From the human T2T-CHM13v2.0 reference genome, Homo sapiens, in the NCBI RefSeq assembly GCF_009914755.1, contig NC_060945.1: a stretch of DNA of 64,000 nucleotides, one strand, 5' to 3'. Shown piece by piece: positions 53,455 through 64,000 of the stretch. A model generated the notes under the pieces. It was not told the origin of the DNA. It did no database searches and worked only from the letters and a program-made list of their open reading frames with translations. How positions within the stretch are numbered: the first letter of the stretch is position 1; every line of letters begins with the position of its first letter. A program made the translations under genes and the position numbers.

Positions 53455-55150
53455 TGATATGATTAGAGCCCAAAATGCTAAGGACTCTACTTCTAACAGT
53501 ATGGAGAATACTGATAGTCATTGGCATGAACTATTTAGAGAGTTTTGCAAAATAAATGCATTTGTCACTCTTGATTCACTGCTTATGAGAGGTGAGGAGT
53601 TTAGTTACACAATACCTTTGATCATATGTGGAGAACCAAGGAACGTAATGAAGCTGGTTGGTTGCTCCTAAGTTCAGTGGACAAAGTGATAAAAGAAAAT
53701 GATGAACTCAAGGATTCTGTCTCCCAATTTCAGAAGCAGATACTGAGCCTCAAATCTACTAAGATTGCCCTGAGTATCTCCTGTAGAGAAAGAGTTCAAA
53801 CTGTGGAAAAACAGTCACAAGCTCTTATCATGCGAGTGGCTGACTTGCAAGGAAAAGTGCATGCGCAGCCTTGCCAGGTGTCTACTGTTAAAATGAGGGC
53901 ATTGATTAGAAGAGAATGGGACCTTGAAACTTGAAACATTCGTGAATGTGTAGGAGGACCCTGATGAAGCTGGGGACACTGAGTTTGTAAACTCTGATGA
54001 CCCTTTTCTATTTGCCAGAAGGAACAGCTTCCCCATCCCCAGTAGTGGCAATATCCACTCCCCTCCCCGACCCATGCTACCATCATCCTTTCCACCTTTG
54101 TCTGAGGAGGTAAACCCTGTGTTGCCTGAGGCAACAGTAATGGCCTCCCCTGAGGCAGTTGCCAGGCAAGATAATGTTGATTATCCTCAGGAGCCACCCC
54201 CAACACCCTTGTTTGCTTCTAGACCTATAACTAGACTAAAGTCCTGGCAGGCCCCTAGAGGTGAGGTTGAGAGTGTGACCAATGAGGAGGTGTGTGCTAT
54301 ACTCAAAAAGAACTGTTTATCTAATTTATATGAACAGAAATCAGGGGAACAGTTATGAGAATGGGTATTAAAGGCATGGGATAATAGCAGAAAGAACATA
54401 GAGTTGGATCAGGCTGAATTTATTGATTTTGGCCCTCTAGTTGGGACTCTGTTTTTAATTTTGCAGCTCAGGGAGTTAAGAAAAGGTTCTCAATAGTTTA
54501 TTTGCTTGGTAAGCTGAAATACGGATTAAAAGATGGCCCACTAGGAGTGAGCTGGAAATGCCTGATATCCCTTGGTTTAATGTCAAGGAAGGGACCCAAA
54601 GGCTTAGGAAGATTGGGATGGTGGAGTGGATTCGTCACTTTAGACTTACTCATCCCAGCTGGGAGGGTCCAGAAGACATACCCTTGACCAAGGCATTTAG
54701 AAATAGATTTATGAGGGCAGCACCTGCATCTTTGAAGAGGACTGTAATTGCTCTTCTCTGTATGTGAGATCTAACGGTGGGAACTGCAGTCACTCAACTA
54801 CAGAATGTAAATACAATGGGAATAATTGGATTCCGAGGTGGCAAGGGCCAAGTGACGGCACTCAGCCATCAAAGGAAGGTGCATGTGGCTACTGTAATGG
54901 ACAGCAGAGGCAAAGCAGTAATCAGAATAGTCTGACTTGTGTAGAGCTCTGGCATTGGCTAATTAATCACAGTGTTCCTGGAAGTGAAATTTATAGGAAG
55001 CCTACTGCATTCCTACTTAATTTATACAAGCAAAAAACTGCTAAGTGAAATTTACAAAAGACTAATTTGAATTATAAAAACAGTGTCATGGCTCCTCAGT
55101 CAATTTCCAGACTTGAGTCAGTTTACAGACCTAGAACCCCTTGAATGAAG
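53455..55150 (+). pseudogene. gag: HERV-L gag, disrupted
   Basis: Fragments EAGWLLLSSVDKV, LFASRPITRLKS, MPDIPWFNVKEG and ELWHWLINHSVP, with multiple stops and frameshifts. Confidence 0.88.
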
Positions 55151-55190
55151 GGGAGGCAGGGTTTCCTCTAAATTACTGACAATTTGTGCA

Positions 55191-58140
55191 GTGAATCTCT
55201 CTCCCATCCTTCCCTTCATAGACCTCTGGCCTTTTAGCAGGCTAAAGTGCACTGGGGAAAGGGAAATAGTCAGACACTTGGGGGTGCTACTGGACACTGG
55301 CTCAGAGCTGATGTTGATTCCAAGGGACCCAAAGCATCATTGTGGTTCTCCAGTTAGAGTAGGGGTTTATGGAAGTCAGGTAATTAATGGAGTTTTAGCT
55401 CAGGTCTGATGTACAGTACATCCAGTTGGTCCCTGGACTCATCCTCTGGTCATTTCTCCAGTGGCAGAATGCATAATTGGCATAGACATACTTAGCAGCT
55501 GGCAGAACCCCCACATTGGCTTCCTGACTGGTAAGGTGAGGGCTATCGTGGTAGGAAAGGCCAAATGGAAGCCATTAGAGCTGCCTCTACTTAGAAAAAT
55601 AGTACGTCAAAAACAACGTCACATTCATGAAGGGATTGTGAAGATTAGTGCCACCATCTAGGACTTCGAAGATTCGGGGGTGGTGATTTCCACCACATCC
55701 ACATTCGACTCTCCCAATTGGCCTGTGCAGAAGACAGATGGATTTTGGAGAATAACAGTGGATTATTGTAAGCTTAACCAAGTGGTCACTCAAATTGCAG
55801 CTGCTGTACCAGATGTAGTTTCATTGCTTGAGCAAATTAACACATCTCCTGGTACCTGGTATGCAGCCTTTGACTTGGAAAATGCCTTTTTTCTCCATTC
55901 CTGTCCATAAGGCCCACCAGAAGCAATTTGCCTTCAGCTGGTAAGGCCAGCAATATACCTTTACTACCTCAGTGGTATATCAACTCTCCAGCTTTATTCA
56001 GAGAGACCTTGATTGCTTTTAGCTTCCACAAAGATATCACACTGGTCCATTAAATTGATGACATTATGCTGACTGAATCCAGTGAATAAGAAGAAGTAGC
56101 AAACAAATTGGACTTATTGGTGAGACATTTGCATGCCAGAGGACAGGAAATAAATCCAACTAAAATTCAGGGAACTTCTACCTCAGTAAAATTTCTAGGG
56201 GTCCAGTGGTGTGGGGCTTGTTGAGATATTCCTTCTAAGGTGAAGGATAAGTTGCTACTTTTGGTCCCTCCTACAACCAAGAAAGAGGCACAACACCTAG
56301 TGGGCCTATTTGGATTTTGGAGGCAACACATTCTTCATTTGGGTGTGTTACTCTGGCCCATTTATTGAGTGACCCAAAAGGCTGCCAGTTTTGAGTGGGG
56401 TCCAGAACAGGAGAAAGCTCTGCAGCAGGTCCAGGCTGCTGTGCAAGCTGCTCTTCCACTTGGGCCATATGACCCAGCAGATCCAATGTTGCTTAAGGCT
56501 TCAGTGGCAGATAAGGACGCTATTTGAACATTTGGCAGGCCCCCATAGGTGAATCACAGAGGAGGCCTCAAGGATTTTGGGGCAAGTCCCTGCCATCTTC
56601 TGCAGATAACTACTCTCCTTTTGAGAGACAGCTCTTGGCCTGTTACTGGGCTTTGGTGGAAACTGAATGTTTGACTATGAGTCATCAAGTTACCATGCAA
56701 CCTGAACTGCCTATCATGAACTGGGTGCTTTCTGACCCATCTAGCCATAAAGTGGGTCATGGGCAGTAGCATCCCATCATCAAATGGAAGTGGCCTATAC
56801 GTGATCGGGCTCGAGCAAGTCCTGAAGGCACAAGTAAGTTATATAAGGAAGTGGCTCAAATGCCCATGGTCTCCACTCCTGCCACCCTGCCTTCTCTCCC
56901 CCAGCCTGCACTGATGGCCTCATGGAGAGTTCCCTAAGATCAGTTGACAGAGGAAGAGAAGACTAGGGCCTGGTTCACAGATAGTTCTGCTTGACATGCA
57001 GGCACCACCCAAAAGTAGACAGCTGCGGCACTATATCCCCCTTCTAGGACATCCCTGAAGGACAGCAGTGAAGGGAAATCATCCCAGTGGTCAGAACTTC
57101 AAGCAGTGCATTTGGCTGCTGTGCACTTTGCACAGAAGGAGAAATGTCCAGATGTGTGATTATATGGTGATTCTTGGGCTGTAGTCAATGGTTTGTCTGG
57201 ATGGTCAGGAACTTGCAAGAAGGATGGTTGAAGATTGTTGACAAATTTGGGAAAGAGGTATGTGGATGGACTTTTTTGAGTGGTCAGAAACCATGAAGAT
57301 ATTTGTATCCCATGTGAGTGCTCACCAACAGGTGACCTCAGCAGAGGAGGTTTTAAACAATCAAGTGGATACGATGACTCGTTCTGTGGACACCACTAAG
57401 CCTCCTTCCCCAGCCACCCCTGTCATTGCCCAGTGGGCCCATGAACAAAGTTGCCATGGTGGCAGGGATGAGGTTACTCATGGGCTCAGCAATATGGACT
57501 TCCAGTCACCAAGGCTGACCTGGCTATGGCCACTGCTGAGTGCCCAGTTTGCCAGCAGCAGAGACCAACACTGAGCCCTTGATATGGCACCATTCCTGAA
57601 GATGATCAGCCAGCTACCTGGTGGCAGGTGGATTATATTGGACGTCTTCCATCATGGAAAGGGCAGAGGTTGGTCATCACTGGAATAGAAACTTACTCTG
57701 GATATGGGTTTGCCTATCCTGCATGCAATGCTTCTGCCAAGACTACCATCCATGGACTCATGGAATGCCTTATCCACTGTCACAGTATTCCACACAGCAT
57801 TGCCTCTGACCAAGGCACTCACTTTACAGCTAAAGAAGTGTGGCAGTGGGCTCATGCTCATGGAATTCACTGGTTTTACCATGTTCCCCATCATCCTGAA
57901 GCAGCTGGATTGATAGGACAGTGGAATGGCTTTTTGAAGTCATAGTTACAACGCCAACTAGGTAACAATACTTTGCAGGGCTGGGGTAAAGTTCTCCAGA
58001 ATACCATATATGCTCTGAGTCAGTGTCCAACGTATCATACTATCAAACTGTTTCTCCCCTAGCCAGGATTCACAAGTCCAGGCATCAAAAGGTGGAAGTG
58101 GAAGTGGCACCACTCACCATCACCCCTACTGGTCCGCTAG
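55191..58140 (+). pseudogene. pol: HERV-L pro/pol (protease, RT, RNase H, integrase), disrupted
   Basis: LLDTG protease motif; [16 protein letters not shown] and DLENAFF in RT; catalytic YIDD reads stop-IDD at 56051-56062; integrase DYIG and SDQGTHF. Confidence 0.92.
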
Positions 58141-58480
58141 CAAAATGTTTGCTTCCTGTTCCTGTGACGTTACATTATGCTGGCCCAGAGGTCTTTGTTC
58201 CAGAGGGAGGAACACTGCCACCAGGAGACACAACAAGGATTCCATTAAATTGGAAGTTAAGATTGCCACCTGGACACTTTGGGCTTCTCCTATCTTCAAG
58301 TCAACAGGCCAAGATGAGAGTTACAGTGTTGGCTGGGGTGACTGACCCAGAGTATTAAGATGAAATCAGTCTACTACTCCACAACAGAGATAAGGAAGAC
58401 TATGCATGGGACACAGGAGATTCATTAGGGTGTCCCTTAGTATTACCATGTCCTGTGATTAAGGTTAATGAGAAACTACA
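58141..58480 (+). pseudogene. HERV-L dUTPase remnant
   Basis: WKLRLPPGHFGLL...VTVLAGVTDPEY then stop, located after integrase as in ERV-L. Confidence 0.85.
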
Positions 58481-58984
58481 ACAGCCCAATCCAGGCAGTA
58501 CTACAAATGGCCCAGATCCCTCAGGAATAAAGGTTTGAGTCACTCCACCTGGTGAAAAACCACAACCTGCTCAGGTGCTTGCTGAAGGCAAAGGGAATAC
58601 AGAATGGGAAGTAGAAGAAGGTAGTCATCAATACCAGCTATGACCACGTGACCAGCTGAGAAATGGGGCCTTTAATTGTTATGAGTATTTCCTCCTCCTT
58701 TTGCTAAAAATATGTTTGTGCATGTATACACTTGTACTAAGAAAATATCTTTATTTTTTTCTTTTCTTTTATCATGTGATATGAGATCCATTGACTTCAT
58801 ATCAGCCTTTAAATATTGTTAAGTTTATGTAATAGCATTTGAGTTGGGGATTGGTGTGTTTCCGGCTGTACAAAGGATAGTTGTATTATGTTAGGCATAA
58901 TTATGACCTTATTGTTGTCTTCATTTGAAGATTATGTATGATCTCAGGAGATGTGTATGGGTTCAAGTTTACAAGGGGTGGACT

Positions 58985-59518
58985 TGTGATGGCTAATACC
59001 GAGTGTCAACTTGATTAGATTGGAGGCTACAAAGTATTCATCTTGGGTGTGTCTGTGAGGATGTTGATAAAAGAGACTAACATTTGAGTCAGTGGGCTGG
59101 GAAAGGCAGATCCACCCTTAGTGTGGTGGGCACAATCTAATCAGCTGCCATCAAACACAAAAGCAGGCAGAAAAACATGAAAAGGAGAGACTGACCTAGC
59201 CTCCTAGCCTATGTCTTTCTCCTGTGCTGGATGCTTCCTGCTGTCAAACACAGGACTCCAAATTCCTGTTTGGGGACTTGGACTGTTTCTCTTTGCTCCT
59301 CAGCTTGCAGACAGCCTATTGTAGGACCTTGTGATTGCGTAAGTTAATATTTAATAAATTCCCCTATATATATGTATACATATATATGCATATAGTGTAT
59401 ATATACACATATATATGTGTATATATACACAAATATATATATGTGTGTGTGTGTGTATATTTTTATATATATACATTTCGTATTAGTTCTGTTCCTCTAG
59501 AGAACCCTGACTAATACA
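58985..59518 (+). mobile_element. MLT2A 3' LTR of HERV-L
   Basis: tgtgatggctaatacc...gaaccctgactaataca; provirus TSD aatgt (52311-52315) / aaagt (59519-59523), 4 of 5 matching. Confidence 0.93.
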
Positions 59519-61828
59519 AAAGTATTGCTTATAAGAGTTCTTTAGGTCTAGCCCAAGTGTGATTTTTTATGGGTTTACTGTCAAAATTTCTGAGTCACTT
59601 AAAAAAAGAATGTTCTCAGGTCAAAAGCAGAGACATTATTTTTGTAAGCTTTATTAATTGCTTTAAATGATTCAATGTTTTATTTTGCTTCACATTTGTG
59701 ATTTTACCTTACTGTGCAAGTTTTAAAAAATGTTTTTCCAGGAATTTTGAAGTATTTTTCTTTTTATTGCATTATTTGCCTATGTCATATTTTTAAGTGT
59801 TTTTCCAAATGTTCATGCATTCCATAAAGGGGAATTCCCCTTTCATTCCCAGATAACTCTATAATTCTATCTGGGAATCCTGTTTTTTTTTTTTTTTCTC
59901 TCTCTCTCTCTAATATGCACTGGTTGCTCTTTAGTCCAGATATACTGATGTTTTAGTATTTCCTTTATTGCTCTTCAAGTTCAGATCCACTGTTTTTGAA
60001 TTCTATATTTTTCCCTTCCTTAGTTTATTACCTTATTTGTGGGAATATATTCTCAAGTTACTTCTTAGGAAGATATAAATGGAGATAAACTCTCTACTTA
60101 CATGTCTGAAAATATCTGATTTTACCACCTTCATTGGTAGTTTGATTGGGGAGACATTACTTGGTTTTATCAGTCTAGATGTTTTTATGCTGCTTCAACA
60201 AACAGCTCACAAATCTCAATTATTTAACATAAAACTTTATTTTTTAGTAAAGATACATGTCTAGTGCAGATTGGAAATGGAGCTCTGCTCATTATGGTTC
60301 AATTCAGTGGGTTTGGATCTCAACAAATGATTCTGCAATTACCATGGCAGAGAAAAGGAAATACAGTATACTGACTCGGAAAATTCCATTTGAAAGTGAC
60401 ACATTTATCTCATTTATTCTTTATTGGCCAAACAACTCACAGGGCCACCTTTATCAAGGCAGGTAAAAGGGAGGATGACACATCATGCACCTTCTACCTT
60501 GAAGTGATAGATGTGGCTATCACTCATACTTAACTGGCCAACACTACGTTTCCACATTTAATATTAAAGAGGACAAGGAAGTGTAATTCGCCTGCCTAGC
60601 TAGGAGAGGAGAATTAGATCACTTGTGAGTAGTCACTGCACTACAAATTGATTAAAAATAAGTTCATCTTTGATTTTCAAGGCATTATTCTATTGCGTTG
60701 TATCATCCAGTAAACTTTGAGTGCCGTTCTTTTGTATGTGATCTGTTTTACCCAGATAGGGTAAGATTTCAGGATTGTCTTTTTATCTCTGGTGTTGTGA
60801 AACTTGTGATATGACTCAGTGTGAATGTTTTAAAATTTATTTTACTTGGCATTAAGTAGGACTTTTAAGACAGAAAGCTTGCATCCTTCAATTCTGAATA
60901 AATCCTTGAATTATATCTTTGATGATTTTCTCTCCTCATTTCTTTATTCTCTCATTCTAGAACTCATACTAGCTTATGTAAAGAAGAAATAGAGCTCTGA
61001 AAATCTTATATGTGAGATCAGAAAACTGTGACAGCAGAAATTCCTGTAAACTCAGGTGAATGATGAAGCAAAAAAGATATCTGTCTCACAGTTAGTTAAG
61101 TGCCATGAAGAAGAAGTAAATGAATCAGGAGGCAGTATACCATATAGCTTTCTTAGCAAATTCTGTGACTCCATCTTCTCAACATCTCTCTCATCAAAAT
61201 ATTTTAATCCTAATTTTTCTATAATGGGCACAAAAACTGATAAATTATTTTTAAACATAGAAAATAGAAGAAATAAGTTCCATTACTGTATTGAAAATTA
61301 TTGACATAAAATGAGAATGATACATGTTACATTTTAAGTAATTACTTATAAATATATGATCTAAGAATCATATTACATTATGTATTACCTATACCCTGTG
61401 TCAATTAAGATTATCTCAAGTGTAAGTAAAACCAAGCAATAATGGCAGTAGATTAAAGTAAAAAGAAAATTATTATATGCTTAATAAGAAGTCCAGAAGT
61501 GGAGGGGCCTAGAATTGTTTTGGAAGTTTTGCCATAATATCAAAGAACACAGCTCCTTATAGTGTTTCATTTCACCATTATGAGGCTTATGTCTCTAGTG
61601 GATATGAAACATTTATTGTAATGATATTATTTGTATGGGTGCTAGCAATTAGGTGACTTAAAATGACTAATATATTTTCTAGAGGTCAAAATTATAAACT
61701 TATGCCTGGGATCTTCACCTTAAACAAATAAATGAGCCAATTTTGCTGGGACATATATTATTCCAGACCAACTGAAGCCTAATTAAATACAATGCTTTGT
61801 CAGTACTTAGTTCTAAGATGTGTTTGGA

Positions 61829-62274
<446 letters not shown>

Positions 62275-63269
62275 CTAACCCAAAGGTGACAGGTTCTGTC
62301 CTAAACATCAAATGCCTTGAAGAAAGTCCAGTTTCACTGTGTTCCAGGAATCAATGCCAAGAACAGAAGCCAAGTACAGTTGGATTGACATGAAAGAAAT
62401 TCTATTCTTAGGGTGACTTAGCAGCAAGAGTCAAGATCCATAGAACCTGGAATAGAATAAAGTGCCAGAGATAGGGTGGCAAAAGTTACAGAATACATCT
62501 GCCAAGAAAAAAGAGACTGTCTTTCATTTTTGTAAGGAATCATTTTCCCCACTTTTGCTTCTATTTGTTTAACAACAAAATGAACGTAATGGTCCTTTAG
62601 CCTTTAATTTTAGAACTAAAAGAAGATAAATTAAGCCATAAGACAAAACCAGATTAAGAATCACCACAGTGGAAAGGGATAATCAGAAGGTTAAATAATA
62701 TGTTCTTTGCACTTAAGGGCAATACTTTGTTTTATTAATGTATTTATATCTATTTCTATCCCAAAGTATGTTGTATTGTGCCCATTTCCCTTTTACCAGG
62801 TACATGTGTGGACTTTTTGAGTGGTATTACCAAAGACTAGTTTATTAAAATGTTACTTAAGATGTTGGCAGTATTTTAGAAATCTGAAACCTATTTCAGA
62901 ATATAAAGTTGTCAAAGGAGCACTAAGTAAGATGAAGGAACATGGATTTTTTTTACCTGCTTTTGTTATGAACTGGTTATGTATATTTTGGCAACTGTGT
63001 ACACTCCCTAGCCCTTTTCAGCTGTAATGTGATGGCTTTGGACCAGATGGCTCTAAACTCTTTCCAGTTCCAACAGCAATGAATATGCTTAGGCTTCCTC
63101 TTGGTTCACATTCCACCAGGCAACATGGGCGTGCAGCACATTTAACTTTCCTCTTCAGCCTGGCATAAGCCATAGCTTTTGGGGAAGAATGAAAGCAGCT
63201 AGTTTTTACCCCACTCCTTCCTTCTTACTTCATATGTTTTCATTCCTAGAATAATTTCATGCATTTCTA

Positions 63270-64000
63270 AATTTTGCTTCAACAAGTCACGGCCAGCACT
63301 TCACCTGAAACAGCAGAGAGCACCCCACAGTAAACAAAAATCACATCTATACCCACCTGCTTATGCTGCAGCTGGCTGTTACCTGCAAATGTCATCTTCT
63401 GTCATGTAGGTTGAACCACACAGCCCAATATAAAACCAGCTGACAGAAGTGCGTAGGACCATAACAGCAAAGCCAAAAAATCCCACCCAACACTTTCCCA
63501 GATGAGAAGAAACCAGCATAAGAATTCTGCCTCTGTGAAAAACCTCAATGTTGTGACACCATCAAAGGTTCACTCTAGCTCCCCAGTAAGTTTCTAGCCA
63601 AAATGGAGGCACAGAGGTGACAGATAGAGAGTTCAAAGCATGGATTGCAGGGAATCGCAACAAGATCCAGGGCAAGGTTGAAAATCAACACAAAGAAACT
63701 TCTAAAGCAATCCAGGAAATAAAAGAAGAGATAAACACTTAAAAAAAAATCAATCAGAGCTACTGGAACTGAAAACCTCACTTAGGGAATTTCAAAATAT
63801 AATTGAAAGCTTTATCAGTGGACTAGACCAAGCAGAAGAGCTTGAAAATCAGTCTTTCAAACTAAACCAAACAAAAATAAAGAAAAAAGAATTTTAAAAA
63901 ATGAACCAAGTCTTCGAGAAAAATGGGATTATGTAAGGTGACCAAATCTATAAGTTACTGGTATTCCTGAGAGAGAAGCACCGAAAAGTAAACAACCCAG
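63270..64000 (+). mobile_element. Old L1 (L1PB/L1MA-age) 5' UTR end and ORF1 remnant, running off the window
   Basis: cagatgagaagaaaccagcataagaattct...gactagaccaagcagaaga...tgggattatgtaaggtgaccaaatcta. Confidence 0.82.

Larger units (their letters stand above)
53367..58984 (+). mobile_element. HERV-L internal region (gag-pro-pol-dUTPase, no env)
   Basis: Degenerate Leu-type PBS (gatcttggtcccgggagg) after the 5' LTR; purine tract acaaggggtggact before the 3' LTR; ORF fragments listed below. Confidence 0.95.

Overview
This looks like primate (human-like) AT-rich intergenic or intronic DNA, made mostly of transposon fossils. Family names below come from my recall of consensus sequences, not from a database search. 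I cannot support any cellular protein-coding gene, RNA gene or CRISPR array. The ORF track is almost entirely repeat-derived or low-complexity. Contents include Alus, L1/L2/MIR remnants, THE1/MLT1/MLT2 LTRs, solo LTRs (MER11, MER41), a truncated LTR1 fused to an L1, nested Tigger-family DNA transposons and a near full-length dead HERV-L provirus (52.3-59.5 kb). Three local templated rearrangements are not explained by the repeat annotation. (1) A ~520-bp, ~98% identical inverted duplication (THE1 LTR plus unique flank) brackets a 4.6-kb spacer and is a candidate inversion. (2) A compound inverted plus direct duplication interrupts an ERV-L-class fragment beside a perfect 90-bp AT-rich palindrome. 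(3) A template-switch scar inside the HERV-L 5' LTR contains an inverted copy of a nearby L1 segment and a fold-back of the LTR end/PBS. I see no evidence for a new multi-gene biological system.
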